From: an uncultured Chlamydiae bacterium
GTDB lineage: Bacteria; Chlamydiota; Chlamydiia; Chlamydiales; Parachlamydiaceae
Assembly: GCA_963754655.1 (NCBI GenBank)
Contig: CAVWGN010000001.1
Location: 1,664,001 to 1,728,000, forward strand
Length of the DNA stretch: 64,000 nucleotides
Direction of reading: 5' to 3'
Made by a program: the position numbers and the translations under genes. How positions within the stretch are numbered: position 1 is the first letter of the stretch; each line of letters begins with the position of its first letter. The notes beneath the pieces are model-generated. The model did not search any database. It was not told the origin of the DNA and saw only the letters and a list, made by a program, of their open reading frames with translations. This document shows, piece by piece, positions 39,623-50,944 of this stretch.

Positions 39623-41410
39623 ATGGGCGCGCATTCTTATAACCCTCACGATAAGGTCAAGGTCGCCATAGAGTGCACTGCTAACAAAAGATCTTATATT
39701 AAAATATTGTTAGCCAAAACTTATTTGAATTTTAAAGAATCCCTGTTGTCTCTTAGAATTCATTTCCCTCGAAAGCCTAATAAGGACACTCTTCAAGCTC
39801 CTGAAAAAGCTTTGAATGGCAGAGGTGTTGATTGTGACAGTTTAGAAGACTTTTGGGAACAGACGGCAGTAAAGCCTAATACTCAAAACTGCTTCTTTTT
39901 GCTTGCAATGTTTTTTTTGCTTTACATCGTACCTATTAAGGCTTTTTCCACTCCTTGCGATCAGAATTCTACTGTTCCCGTGATCTTCATTCCTGGTTAT
40001 GCGGCCTCATTACCAATTAAAGGGCAGGCTTTATCTTATATTTTTAATCGCGGATTTTCTCCTGAAAAACTCCAATTATCTTTTTCTTACGACACTTTAG
40101 TGCGTACGCTTAAAAGAGCGGGTTATAAAAAAGGAAAAACTTTCTTTGGAGCAGTTTTCGACTGGCGTATGCCCGTTGCACCGCAAGATGGTAATTTTGA
40201 TGGAATTCTTGAACAAGTTACAGCCCAATCAATGACTAGTGGTGATTATAGCTTTGCAGTTAATTACTTAGGTTATTGGCTTGATCAAGCTATTCAAGCT
40301 AATCCAAATCTTAAATATGTAGACGTTGTCACACATAGCACAGGCGGAATTGTGGCTCGTGCCTATATACAAAGTCCTGCTTATGGTGCTACATACATTG
40401 ATAAACATGGAATCACTAGACAGCTTCCTAGGATTCGCTATCTGGTTGCAGGTGCAATGCCAAGTGAAGGAACAATTCATTCTTGGCGTCCCTGGAATGG
40501 CGATTTTCAAGATGTTCTCAGTGGGTTTATACCCACTTCTGAAATTGAAGCACGTTTTTGCGCCTTTGCTTTTGCCAAAGTCCTTTTGGGTGGAAAAATT
40601 TATGGACCTGATTATATCATCACTCGAGAATCCATTTTACAAGTCGATAAGAAAGGTCGTTTAATTCCCGATCAAACTCTCTTCTTTCGTCTTTATAACC
40701 CAATGCGACGTTCCCTAATGTCAACCGATAATTTCCTACAAACCCCTGATAGCGAGTCTTTTACTAATGTTAATGATGATCTCTCTTTAAGATCAGACAT
40801 TCTCTTAGATTTAAATGCCCAATCTTCGCCAGGAAACAATCCTTGGTTGTCTCTTATTGGAACTGCTTCTGGTAAAGGAGGAGCAATTGCCACCTATGCC
40901 ACTGGGGCAAGAAAAAAAACCAGTATTTTGGATTTTGTTGTTCCAGGACTGATCAATAATAACCCCTTTATTTCCACCCTTACGAAGGTGATTCAACTTA
41001 GCAATAATCAAGGAAGCTTTCTTCCCCTACTTGAACTGTTAAATCCAACGCCTACTCTTGTACCAATCTATGACTCCTTATTTTCCCGCATTGGAGATAG
41101 TGAAGTGACGCAACAATTAGCCGGCGATGGAAATGGAACTTTTGAGACCTTGCTTAGCACCTTTGTTGGCGATCCAAAAATAACCCTTGTTCAATGGGGC
41201 AATGGCACTCCCCCATCCAATATACCTATTGAAATCGTTTGGACAAAACAAACGAGCTTTCCAGTTTATCATGATGTTTTTTTCTTTAATCCAGATGTAG
41301 CAGCCTTTGTGGCGAGTACTCTTACAGGAAAGCAAATTTCCCCAAAACCACTATCACGAAGTTCTGTTCATGTGTTGCTAACTAAGCAAAAAAAGATCAT
41401 AATTGAATAG
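39623..41410 (+). CDS. Alpha/beta-hydrolase, lipase/LCAT-like (start uncertain)
   Basis: PVIFIPG, FDWR, VVTHSTGG nucleophile elbow, GDG. Confidence 0.75.
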   Translation: MGAHSYNPHDKVKVAIECTANKRSYIKILLAKTYLNFKESLLSLRIHFPRKPNKDTLQAPEKALNGRGVDCDSLEDFWEQTAVKPNTQNCFFLLAMFFLLYIVPIKAFSTPCDQNSTVPVIFIPGYAASLPIKGQALSYIFNRGFSPEKLQLSFSYDTLVRTLKRAGYKKGKTFFGAVFDWRMPVAPQDGNFDGILEQVTAQSMTSGDYSFAVNYLGYWLDQAIQANPNLKYVDVVTHSTGGIVARAYIQSPAYGATYIDKHGITRQLPRIRYLVAGAMPSEGTIHSWRPWNGDFQDVLSGFIPTSEIEARFCAFAFAKVLLGGKIYGPDYIITRESILQVDKKGRLIPDQTLFFRLYNPMRRSLMSTDNFLQTPDSESFTNVNDDLSLRSDILLDLNAQSSPGNNPWLSLIGTASGKGGAIATYATGARKKTSILDFVVPGLINNNPFISTLTKVIQLSNNQGSFLPLLELLNPTPTLVPIYDSLFSRIGDSEVTQQLAGDGNGTFETLLSTFVGDPKITLVQWGNGTPPSNIPIEIVWTKQTSFPVYHDVFFFNPDVAAFVASTLTGKQISPKPLSRSSVHVLLTKQKKIIIE

Positions 41411-41667
41411 AATTTAGAAAAACTTTTTTAAAGCCAAACCTAATCTGTGATTGCTGACATTGACTGTTAATTAATAAAAATATAAAATCTATTCCGACAA
41501 AAATAAAAAGGGCTCTGACATCAGAATAGATACTAAATTGACATTCTAATCAAATTTGATTAGTTTTTACACAAGACCAGATAAATTTCAGCTTCAATTC
41601 TTATTAAACACTCATATTATTAACTAAATTTATTAAAAAAAAACAACCCTCGCAATTTTTAAAATTA

Positions 41668-42921
41668 ATGAACATTAACTTTGTTGCAAATTTAAGAGGT
41701 TATTCTAATTTTTTTCTTCAAAAGACATTTTTGGAATTACCCAAACGTCAGACTATTATTGTTTTGATTGCCTTTGTTGCCTTAAGTTACTTAGCATATT
41801 GCTTAATTTGCCTAAGTCGTAAAAAAAATATGTTGAGTGAAAAAGAAGACTTTAAATCAGACTTTTCCCCAGAAAATTTTTTTGATCAAGATGCTTACCA
41901 ATATGATGTATTATCCGAAGATTTAAAAGATAAAATCTGGCTGGAAGAAGGGGAAGATTCATATAATAAAGAAGTAGCTACCATTAAGGCATTGAAAGCA
42001 GCATTTAAGAAACAAGAAGGACAATTTCAGGAATGTTTGCAACAGCAGTATCCTCTATTTTGCCAACCTCTCTACAATGAGCAAACTTCTGAAGTTCTCT
42101 ATAAAGCATTAAAAATTCGGGATATTTACAAAAAAAATTATTACACTTTTCTTCATGGCCGATCGCTAGATTGGAAAGTATTTTCTTTTTTTATAAAAAC
42201 AATCGTTAAAATACTTAGACCTGATCTTCGATTAAATTTGATAGAATTTCTGCGTGCGCCTTTCAAAACACATATTACATGCAATACCACTGAATTTATA
42301 AATAAATATGAGGGAAACATTGATGATCATGATCTTTTTTTTCGTACGCAACTAATCAGTGTAGATGCTTTTTGGTTAAGTAAGACATTCGCAGAAAGTG
42401 CAATAAACTTTTTCATTGGTAATGCAAGCATTGCTACTGGTGTTCAAAACTCTTTTAGGCCAATCATTGATTCTTGCTTAAGTCAAAATATTCAAAGTCG
42501 CGAAGCAATAATTCTCTCTTCTGTAATAAAAATTCAATGCATACTTAAAGAAATGCGGTCCAAAATGCAAAGATTTCCAGGTGAATTAGTTATTATTTGT
42601 CTTCCTAAAACAAGGGTTCAAGATCAAACAACTAATCCTATTTATAGGGCTTGTCCTCAAGGTGAACCTTTTCCAAACTTAAAAGAAGCGACAGACATTT
42701 CTCTTTTAGAGAAACTTCAACAAGATAAAGTTCCTAAAAATATAGAGGAAAATATAGAAGAAGCAACTTGGTGTCTTCAATATCGTTTACTAGCTTCTCA
42801 TCTTGTACCCAAAAATGGCGTACGCATTTTTGGAGTGAATGTTCTTTCTAAAAATTTAAAAAAGACTTATAAACAACCTATTAAAGAACTTGTAAATGAA
42901 ATCTTTGCAGCTTCTAAATAA
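41668..42921 (+). CDS. Hypothetical protein with N-terminal TM
   Basis: 417-aa ORF. Confidence 0.65.
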   Translation: MNINFVANLRGYSNFFLQKTFLELPKRQTIIVLIAFVALSYLAYCLICLSRKKNMLSEKEDFKSDFSPENFFDQDAYQYDVLSEDLKDKIWLEEGEDSYNKEVATIKALKAAFKKQEGQFQECLQQQYPLFCQPLYNEQTSEVLYKALKIRDIYKKNYYTFLHGRSLDWKVFSFFIKTIVKILRPDLRLNLIEFLRAPFKTHITCNTTEFINKYEGNIDDHDLFFRTQLISVDAFWLSKTFAESAINFFIGNASIATGVQNSFRPIIDSCLSQNIQSREAIILSSVIKIQCILKEMRSKMQRFPGELVIICLPKTRVQDQTTNPIYRACPQGEPFPNLKEATDISLLEKLQQDKVPKNIEENIEEATWCLQYRLLASHLVPKNGVRIFGVNVLSKNLKKTYKQPIKELVNEIFAASK

Positions 42922-43362
42922 GATAAATATTCCTACGAACGTTTGATATATTGCTTTTTGAGCCTCCTCAAAGAGGATCTGACTTGGAGGATATTTTAGA
43001 GATGTTTAAATACCCTTGAAGCGAAACTTTATAATCAAGCACTTAAGCAAGGTTCGTTCAAAAGACCATTAAAATTAACTCAATTTTGATCTTTCTATAC
43101 AAACCATTCAAAATATGGACAAAAGTCCAAATACCATTTCCATTTCCAATAATGGGAAACCGCTAAAAATATAAACTCCCAGATTTAATCCCCCTAAACC
43201 CTACTTTGAGATTTCTAGTGGTTGTCAAATTTTTTAATAGCTTAATATTGATCCATTTAAGTCAATATAACTTAGCACATCTTACGTCTGATAATATAAC
43301 TAAAAGAAAATTCTCTTACTCTTGGTCTGATAAAAAAAACAGCCTGCTATAGAACAAGTCTT

Positions 43363-43615
43363 TTAAGATATATTTATTGTTATTGATTTACACATGTCAA
43401 AGATTATTTCTGTATCCGTTTTGCAGTCTGGCTCAATGTGACATTCCCATCGATCTTTAAAGTTTCCTTTTAGCTTATGATTGCGGTGTTTTGAATCTAA
43501 AGGCTCCTCTTTGGATAGTTTCTTGATAATATCTCCAAGTTTTGACATATCCTTTCCGCGTTTTCTTGCTATTTCCGATTCTCTCGAATTTCATTGTCAT
43601 AGAAATTTTTAACAT
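43363..43615 (-). pseudogene. yafQ: YafQ-family mRNA interferase toxin (frameshifted)
   Basis: KRGKDMSKL...HKLKG.....ECHIEPD; ATG at 43615 out of frame with the body. Confidence 0.8.
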
Positions 43616-43871
43616 TATTTAAGACCAAGTTTGTCGATCAAGTCATCCGCGTTCTTATATTGGACTAGATTTTTCCTTCATCTGTCTCTTTAAAAACTCT
43701 GACTGTTTCTTCATTTGGGACATTTTCACTCAAAAGGTTTTTTTTAAGACATGTTAGAATAAGATCTTTTAAAGAAACGCCAGCAAGAGCCGCAATTGCT
43801 TTTAATTTCTTATGATCAACAGCAGGAAGCTCGAAAGTTAGCCTTGTATGATCTTGATGATGTGTAGTCAT
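43615..43871 (-). pseudogene. Cognate antitoxin of the YafQ toxin (frameshifted near C-terminus)
   Basis: RHH-like N-terminus, PNEETVRVF; continuation YKNADDLIDKLGLK in another frame; TAATG coupling to the toxin. Confidence 0.7.
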
Positions 43872-44056
43872 AAGTTTCCCTCCTTTTCTTCATTTTAACA
43901 TATTAATGCTTTTGATAAAAAGCATAAAAATGCGTAAATGAAAGACTGTTTTACAGCAATGTAGTATTATAATGTTGCTGAAACATTATCTCACTTTCAC
44001 AAACTATTTCTGCGTATTGGAAGACAATAAAGTAACACAGCAATTAATAAGCAATA

Positions 44057-44411
44057 GAAATGGAACTTTTGAGACCTGCTTCTTAGTACCTTTGTTAGCG
44101 ATCTAAGAATAACACTTGTTCAATTGGGTAATGGCACTCCCCTGTCCAATATACCTATTGAAATGTTCGGACAAAACAAAGAAACTTTCCAGTTTATCAC
44201 GATGTTTTTTTCTTTAATCCAGATGTAGCAGCCTTTGTGGCAAGTAGCCTTACAGGAAAGCAAATTTCTCCAGAACTACTCACGCATTTCTTTGCCTTTG
44301 CTGCTAACGAAGCAAAAAAGATCATAATTGCTTAGAATTCAAACTTGACTATTGAGCAACCTTTTTAGAAAAAAATTTGTTAAAACTGAATCTAATTTAT
44401 GATTGCTGACA
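44057..44411 (+). pseudogene. Degenerate duplicate of the 3' end of the lipase gene and its downstream region
   Basis: Similar to 41130-41460. Confidence 0.85.
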
Positions 44412-44507
44412 AGATGTCTTAAATTAAAAAATGATAATCCAAGTGCTGAAAGATTAAACGTCTGATAACATTAAAAGCCAATTTATAAACCTCTTTTAGC
44501 ACACATC

Positions 44508-44535
44508 ACGTCTGATAATATAGATTATTTCAGAT
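44508..44535 (+). other. Degenerate dif-like site
   Basis: ACGTCTGATAA-TATAGA-TTATTTCAGAT. Confidence 0.55.
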
Positions 44536-44559
44536 GCTTAATGAGATTGTTGAAACTTA

Positions 44560-44886
44560 CCGTTCTATAACTTATGGACAAATATACCATTCATTACTTC
44601 TTGCTTCATCGATACTTGCTAATAGACTTTTGGCCTATCCCACAAGAGGAATCTCCACAAGCGTAAATTCCCGTGGAACTCACGGTACTCAATTTTAATA
44701 AATTTTTGGCTGCATTAATGTCTCTATCGTGTTGTGTACTGCAACGTTGACAGACCCATTCCCTGATGTTTAGCGGCATTTGGATGGCTTTATGCTGACA
44801 ATGAGAACAGATTTTTGAAGAAGAATAATACCTTGGCGCTCTTATTAACTTCGAGCCATACCATTCTGTTTTATAGGCAAGCATGC
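44560..44886 (-). mobile_element. IS607 right-end remnant (3' tnpB / omegaRNA region)
   Basis: Near-identical to 37146-37473, with a 1-bp deletion. Confidence 0.9.
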
Positions 44887-45067
44887 ATATAAGCTTGTTG
44901 CTTTGTTGATATCTTTGTCTTGCCCAATTTTATTACCTTCCAATAATAAGGATAACCTTATTAACAAGAGTAAATCTGATAAAACGATTTACAATCATTA
45001 TTGTTTCCTTTGGGATGACAGGAAATTCTTGTGTTAGGTAGGTTAACACTATTCATATACGCACCTA

Positions 45068-45925
45068 CTATAATGCCTTTATTGCGATGATGTCTTCATT
45101 ATCGACTATTTCAAGAGTTATAGAATCGTCATTTTCAAAATCTCTCATATCCTTTAACCAAGTTTCACCATCCTCATAGCCAAAACTTTTGATCAGCTCT
45201 GGCTTACCTAAGTTTGTCAGGATTTTTATTCCATGCTCAGCTCCCATCCGGAACATGCTCTTTTTTAGTTGTCCTTCTATCACTATGTTAAACAACTGTG
45301 AAGAATAAGTTGCGATTTTGTCTGAATGTGATAAATGTTCAAGCACTTTTTCAACAGTGTCTGGATTGGATTTTTGCATCTGATGCTGTAAATCGACCAT
45401 ATTTTTCCAAGCTTGAATTGCTTTGATAGGGGTGTTTTTGAATTTTTTCTTAGCTCCCACTTCCTCAAGGATTAAAAATCCTCCTGGTTTAACCATAGAT
45501 AACATTTGGTCGACAGCCTTCGATAGTTCAGGCACATGAGTGAGGAGGAATCGAGAATGAACAACATCAAAAAGACCTGGATGCTTTTCTTTAAGTTTCT
45601 CAAGATGGTAAACATCACATACCTCCCAAGTGACATTGTCAAGTTGCTCTTCACTTGATTTTTTTTTGGAAACCTCAATCTGTGCAGGGCTCATATCCAC
45701 ACCAACAACAGTCGAACCAATGATCGTTTTTGCAAATAAGCATGTCAAAGTGCCATTTCCGCAGCCTACATCAAGAATTTTAGGATTTTTTTTTGTGCAA
45801 TGAGTTGTTATTAAATCTAGCGACTTTGCATTGTGAATAACCCCAAGGGCATCAAGTCTTAACCTGTCTGTGTCCCCTACGGGAAGCATATAACCTGCAG
45901 GTTTGTCTGCTATTGTCGCATGCAT
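45068..45925 (-). CDS. Class I SAM-dependent methyltransferase
   Basis: ILDVGCGNG, VGVDMS, FDVVHSRF, VKPGG. Confidence 0.9.
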   Translation of the reverse strand: MHATIADKPAGYMLPVGDTDRLRLDALGVIHNAKSLDLITTHCTKKNPKILDVGCGNGTLTCLFAKTIIGSTVVGVDMSPAQIEVSKKKSSEEQLDNVTWEVCDVYHLEKLKEKHPGLFDVVHSRFLLTHVPELSKAVDQMLSMVKPGGFLILEEVGAKKKFKNTPIKAIQAWKNMVDLQHQMQKSNPDTVEKVLEHLSHSDKIATYSSQLFNIVIEGQLKKSMFRMGAEHGIKILTNLGKPELIKSFGYEDGETWLKDMRDFENDDSITLEIVDNEDIIAIKAL

Positions 45926-46055
45926 TGGTTTTCTCCTTTTTAAAAAATCACATACATATCATCGCTATGTGATTTCTACAATGAAATTTTGGTGTTTTTG
46001 ATTAAAACCGCGAAATGTCTATTAAAGGGTGATCGGCTTTATGATAGAGCAGTCA

Positions 46056-48119
46056 TTAAGGTTTTCTATTCCAAAAGCGAATTTTTCTACATGCTAAAAT
46101 AAAATGATTCGCATCTTCTGGTGTAGAAATTTCAATGCAGCCCTCATCCAATAAAGGTAACATCCCCACTTTTTCAAAAAGGGGTTTTGAATCGCTATTA
46201 TACCCAATACTTTTTAAATGAGTAAATGCATCTGTAAGAAATTGGCGAGCTACAGGATGTTGAGTAAGAGAAACAATTCCTTCCGAAGAAGACAATACAA
46301 TAATTGCATCATAAAGAACAGAAGGAGCTCCTTCAAGCTTTTGATGAGCTGTAAGAAGTTTTCCCTTTTTTGTTTTTACTCCTCCTATAGCCAAGGCTAT
46401 AATTTCAAAAGTGGCTTTTTCATTTTCAATATGATGAATTAGCGCATCCAAAATAGAATCATTTATTCCATCCGTCACTAAAATCCCAACTTTTCTTCCC
46501 GTAAAAGTTTTAGGAGAATTTAAGATTATACTAAGAGCTTTTGAAGGTTTTAAATCCTGTTTAGCCTTATGCGAATGTTCATAAGGAACAATTTTTTCTT
46601 TTAATCCTAATCCTTCTGCTACCGCTAGTGCGAGTTTTTCTTCGATGTTAGGAAGATGAGAGACCAGGCGCGCACGAATTATTGGATTTTCTACTTTACT
46701 CAATTCAAATATTAGAGCGTCGGCAATATGCTTTTGCTCGATCTCAGTTTGACTTAAATAAAACAGTCGAGCTTGACTATAATGATCTGAGAATTTTTCT
46801 GAACGCTCGCGAACTTTTTGTCCTGATTCTTTAGCAGGATAAGTGTGAAAGCCTATTTTTGGAGATTCTCTTGGACCTATTCCTTGTGAATTAGGTTCAT
46901 AATTTATCCTTCCTTTTGGGTTCACCATTGCCATATGGCCATCTTGTTGAAAGTGATGAAAAGGACATTTAGGAGCATTAATTGGAATATGAGTGAAATT
47001 AGGTCCTCCAAGACGTTTAATTTGAGTATCTAGATAAGAGAAATTGCGACCTTGTAATAAAGGATCATTTGTGAAATCTATACCAGGAACAATATTGGCT
47101 GTACAAAATGCTACCTGTTCCGTTTCCGCAAAGAAATTATCAACACATCGATTTAAAACCAATCTACCTACATAACGGATTGGAATTTTTTCTTCAGGAA
47201 TGATTTTAGTTGCATCAAGTACATCGAACTCAAAAGAATTTGCAAATGAGTCATCGAATAGTTGAAGACCAAATTCCCATTCGGGATAGTCTCCTGCTTG
47301 AATAGAATTCCACAAATCCCTTCTGTGAAAATCAGGATCTGCTCCATTAATTTTTACCGCTTCATCCCATAAAACAGATTGCAATCCAAGTTTAGGTTTC
47401 CAGTGAAATTTAACGAAGGTCGATTTTCCTTCTTTCGAAACTAAACGGAATGTATGTACTCCAAAACCTTCCATAAATCGAAATGAGCGAGGAATCGCTC
47501 GATCTGACATTATCCACATAATCATATGCATACTTTCTGGCATCAGAGAAATAAAATCCCAAAAATTGTCATGGGCAGTTTGTGCTTGAGGAAATCCTCT
47601 ATCTGGTTCTTGCTTAGCTGCATGAATAAGGTCAGGAAATTTGATTGCATCCTGGATAAAAAATACAGGAATGTTATTACCTACAATGTCCCAATTACCC
47701 TGTTTGGTGTAAAGTTTAACGGCAAATCCACGTACATCACGAGCTAGATCACCAGATCCCTTATTTCCCACTACAGTGGAAAAGCGTACGAATGCTGAAG
47801 TTTTTTCCCCTGCTCTTTGAAAAATATCAGCTGATGTAATGTCTGAGAGGGATTCATAAGTTTCAAAAAACCCATGAGCACCAAATCCTCGTGCGTGTAC
47901 AACTCGTTCAGGAATTCTTTCATGATCAAAATGAAATATTTTTTCCCTAAAGTGAAAGTCCTCCATTAAGACAGGACCTTCATTACCTATTTTAAGTGAA
48001 TTCTGATCGTCAGAAACCGGAATTCCTTGTTGAGTGGTTAGAATTGGAGTATCTCCGTCGGATATCTGATGGATTTCTCCAGCCAATCCTTGAAATGATT
48101 TAGATTTATCTTTTTTCAT
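46056..48119 (-). CDS. katE: Large-subunit catalase HPII
   Basis: [31 protein letters not shown]-terminal GATase-like domain; start at MKKDKS. Confidence 0.95.
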   Translation of the reverse strand: MKKDKSKSFQGLAGEIHQISDGDTPILTTQQGIPVSDDQNSLKIGNEGPVLMEDFHFREKIFHFDHERIPERVVHARGFGAHGFFETYESLSDITSADIFQRAGEKTSAFVRFSTVVGNKGSGDLARDVRGFAVKLYTKQGNWDIVGNNIPVFFIQDAIKFPDLIHAAKQEPDRGFPQAQTAHDNFWDFISLMPESMHMIMWIMSDRAIPRSFRFMEGFGVHTFRLVSKEGKSTFVKFHWKPKLGLQSVLWDEAVKINGADPDFHRRDLWNSIQAGDYPEWEFGLQLFDDSFANSFEFDVLDATKIIPEEKIPIRYVGRLVLNRCVDNFFAETEQVAFCTANIVPGIDFTNDPLLQGRNFSYLDTQIKRLGGPNFTHIPINAPKCPFHHFQQDGHMAMVNPKGRINYEPNSQGIGPRESPKIGFHTYPAKESGQKVRERSEKFSDHYSQARLFYLSQTEIEQKHIADALIFELSKVENPIIRARLVSHLPNIEEKLALAVAEGLGLKEKIVPYEHSHKAKQDLKPSKALSIILNSPKTFTGRKVGILVTDGINDSILDALIHHIENEKATFEIIALAIGGVKTKKGKLLTAHQKLEGAPSVLYDAIIVLSSSEGIVSLTQHPVARQFLTDAFTHLKSIGYNSDSKPLFEKVGMLPLLDEGCIEISTPEDANHFILACRKIRFWNRKP

Positions 48120-48159
48120 AATTTCACCGGTATATTTGTTTATATATGCCAATAATGGA

Positions 48160-48391
48160 AAAATCGAAATATTGCAAGGAATTTGAAGGACGAGTTGGCA
48201 CCTTAACGACTGGAAAAGGAAGTAAAGCACAGCATATTTCCATGACCATTGAAAACATTATTGGTCCTTTTTCTATTTCCGACATTGAACGAGCTTGCCC
48301 CTCTTTAAGTAGAGACACTATCCGACTAGTGTTAAGGCAACTCAGAGACGAGGAGTCCATTATCAAGGTAAAGGTCGCAGTGCAAAGTGAA
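48160..48391 (+). pseudogene. C-terminal wHTH fragment of a Fic-family protein
   Basis: EFEGRVG...FSISDIERACPSLSRDTIRLVLRQLRDE, then frameshifted GKGRSAK. Confidence 0.55.
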
Positions 48392-48633
48392 TAAGGAAAT
48401 TAACATGAAACGAAAGTTTATTTCACAAATAGTTCGAAAGAAGGTTTCTTGAATGGAGATGAAAGCGAAGATAAAAACAATATCAAAAGACAAGTTGATC
48501 GCTTTGAACTTCCAAGAGAAAGAAATCCATCCGAACGATGTGCGTCATGTCATCCAGGCTTTTGTTTGATTTATTTCTTTTTCAGTTAAAGGTTTTTCAA
48601 AACCATGATCCATAAAGAGATTCCTATGGTTGG

Positions 48634-49407
48634 TTATAAAAGTCTTTTCATAATCTGTTCAAAATTAAGCATGCGTAGTCTGCCTGAAGGGTCTTGAGCT
48701 TCAAGTTTTGACCATTCGTTTGGTGAAGCATTGTCAAGCCAAGTCTGTAAATTTTTCTGAAAAGCTTTTAACCATTTTGGATGTTGTTTTGCTAGCACGC
48801 TAAATTCATTCAAGGCACGATCAGAAAAGTCGCCTAACTGAGAAACGACATACCAAATGCCATAAAGATCTTTAAATATTTTTAAGGAGCTTTTACGTTT
48901 CGTAAAAGTAAGGCCTTTATGGAACATCCAAGCGCCAGGAGTCACCACATTCCCTTTAACGTTTGAGTAAGTCTGAAACTTTAATGTTGTTTGCAAGCTC
49001 AAAGTTAAGTAGCTCAATGGTTGTGCAACCACACCTGCAATAAGTACATTTTTATTTTTATTATTTCTTACAGAGTCGTCTGTCAGGAATTCAATTTCAA
49101 TCTCGGCGCCTGCAATGTCCTTCACATAGGCCTCTGTCGCAGGACGATCTAAATCTTTAGAAACATGGTTGAAACCTGCTTCTCGAAGGTGACTTTGAAT
49201 GTTCTTTTTCGATATTTCTGGAATTTTTCTTGGAATAAGAGAATCAATATCCCTCGTTCCCACTGGCGCATTCATTAATTTTGGGTCTGCGAGATAAAGC
49301 TTGTAGATAAATAGGGCAAACCCGCCTCCAATGACAACCAATTCTCGCCATGGACCAATAGATTCTAAAAACTCTGAAATGATTTTATCTTCTTGATTGA
49401 ATGTCAT
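48634..49407 (-). CDS. Nucleotidyltransferase, type IV TA toxin-like (AbiEii/GSU2403-like)
   Basis: VVIGGG.A, TRDID, IEFLT, K...KDLY motifs; coupled to the upstream gene. Confidence 0.75.
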   Translation of the reverse strand: MTFNQEDKIISEFLESIGPWRELVVIGGGFALFIYKLYLADPKLMNAPVGTRDIDSLIPRKIPEISKKNIQSHLREAGFNHVSKDLDRPATEAYVKDIAGAEIEIEFLTDDSVRNNKNKNVLIAGVVAQPLSYLTLSLQTTLKFQTYSNVKGNVVTPGAWMFHKGLTFTKRKSSLKIFKDLYGIWYVVSQLGDFSDRALNEFSVLAKQHPKWLKAFQKNLQTWLDNASPNEWSKLEAQDPSGRLRMLNFEQIMKRLL

Positions 49408-50135
49408 CTCATTTTTCCGCTTTTATAAATGCGCTTAAGCTCTAAAAGACGCTCTGCCATAAATTCAGCTTGCTCTTGTCCACGTAAAGGAAAGTGATAT
49501 AGATCCAGAAAAGTCAAGATAGGAGGAGATGAATTAATATCTTGACTTGAGTCGGAAGAATTCTTCAGCAAGCTTTTGTAGTAGGGTTCTACAAGCAAAA
49601 CTTCATAGCCTCTTTCTTGAGGCTCTAGTAACAACTTTTTCTCAAGCTGTGGTCGAACCAAAGGATCAAGCAGGTATAATTCAAGAGTGTTTAAATTTGT
49701 GTTTTTGCATCCATAGACTTCAGCAGCGGAATGAAGAGCAAGTGCAACTTTCTTATTTAGATTTGACTTTTTGAGTGCTTCTAAAAGTTCTGCTTTATCT
49801 TGGAGTCCAGAGCGATATGTTCTCATTTTACATTTTTTAACAATACTATAATATTCCAACCAGCTTTCAAGAAGAAGTTTAGGATTCTTCAGAAAAAACT
49901 TTTTAGCAGTTCTAACTCCTTCAATTTGCAATATCCCTTTTAAAACTAAAATCTTAAAGACGCGCTGTACCAACCCAAGACTTACCCCTGTCTCCTTGGC
50001 TACATTTCTTAAGGAAAATTTTTGGCTTTTTATCCCCTCTTTTAGAAGCCAATCGAGGATGAGCACGGATTTGTCAGAATAGATATTCCCTTCTGCGGGC
50101 TTCTCATTCGAACCTATTAGAAACTGACCTTTCAT
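49404..50135 (-). CDS. AbiEi-like antitoxin/transcriptional regulator
   Basis: N-terminal HTH (SLRNVAKETGVSLGLVQR), LLESW, LDL...P.RG.EQAE. Confidence 0.72.
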   Translation of the reverse strand: MKGQFLIGSNEKPAEGNIYSDKSVLILDWLLKEGIKSQKFSLRNVAKETGVSLGLVQRVFKILVLKGILQIEGVRTAKKFFLKNPKLLLESWLEYYSIVKKCKMRTYRSGLQDKAELLEALKKSNLNKKVALALHSAAEVYGCKNTNLNTLELYLLDPLVRPQLEKKLLLEPQERGYEVLLVEPYYKSLLKNSSDSSQDINSSPPILTFLDLYHFPLRGQEQAEFMAERLLELKRIYKSGKMR

Positions 50136-50159
50136 AAACCCCTATTTGTTCATTAATAT

Positions 50160-50187
50160 AAACTGTTCAATATTTATTGAACAGTTT
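50160..50187. promoter_or_regulatory. 13-bp perfect inverted repeat, putative AbiEi operator
   Basis: AAACTGTTCAATA-TT-TATTGAACAGTTT, about 25 bp upstream of the antitoxin start. Confidence 0.65.
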
Positions 50188-50559
50188 AAAATTACGGTAC
50201 AAATTAAGCTAACTGCAGAGCCACATAAAAGGGTTTAAGTCTGATAACATTATTTGACACATCAGTTGCTTTGCATATATTTTCGTAATATTTTTCGAGC
50301 GGCGTGGAGAGCAGACTTTCGAGCATTTTCTGAGCAGCTAGCAGCTAACAAGAACGAATATCGTTCTTTTTTGAAAGAAAAGAGAACTTTAATCTATTCC
50401 CCAACAATAATTTGTAGATGATGAATCTAAGAGTTTTAGCTAATCTCTCTGCTACTTTTAAAAAGCTTCCAGTTTACCTTATTTTAATTGATAGATTTCC
50501 CGGATGAGCTTTTATACGTTCTAAAATTTTATCACCTTCAGTGTTCATATCATTAGACC

Positions 50560-50919
50560 TCATAACCATTCTGGATTTTCAACTGTTTTCTCAGAAATCG
50601 CCTCTCCTGTATTAAGAACCTGCTTAGGTTCAAAAAGTAAAACATGAGCTTCTTTATCTGCATAAGGAAGATGATCAACACCTTTTGGAACGATGAAAAA
50701 TTCTCCTTCATTAAGGATAATTTCTTGATTCCTAAGCTTAATTTTCAACTGACCTTGAATGACAAGAAAGAATTCATCTTCATTTTTATGTTGATGCCAA
50801 ACAAATTCACCTTTTGCTTTAAAAATTTTGACGTGATTACCATTTAGCTCGCCAAGAATTTTTGGAGTCCAATATTGATCAAATAGCTTAAATTTTTCTT
50901 TAATATTAACCTTATTCAT
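50560..50919 (-). CDS. Cupin-domain protein
   Basis: GEFVWHQH..EDEFF, VPKGVDH. Confidence 0.9.
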   Translation of the reverse strand: MNKVNIKEKFKLFDQYWTPKILGELNGNHVKIFKAKGEFVWHQHKNEDEFFLVIQGQLKIKLRNQEIILNEGEFFIVPKGVDHLPYADKEAHVLLFEPKQVLNTGEAISEKTVENPEWL

Positions 50920-50944
50920 TATATTCCACTAAATTCCTTTGGTC

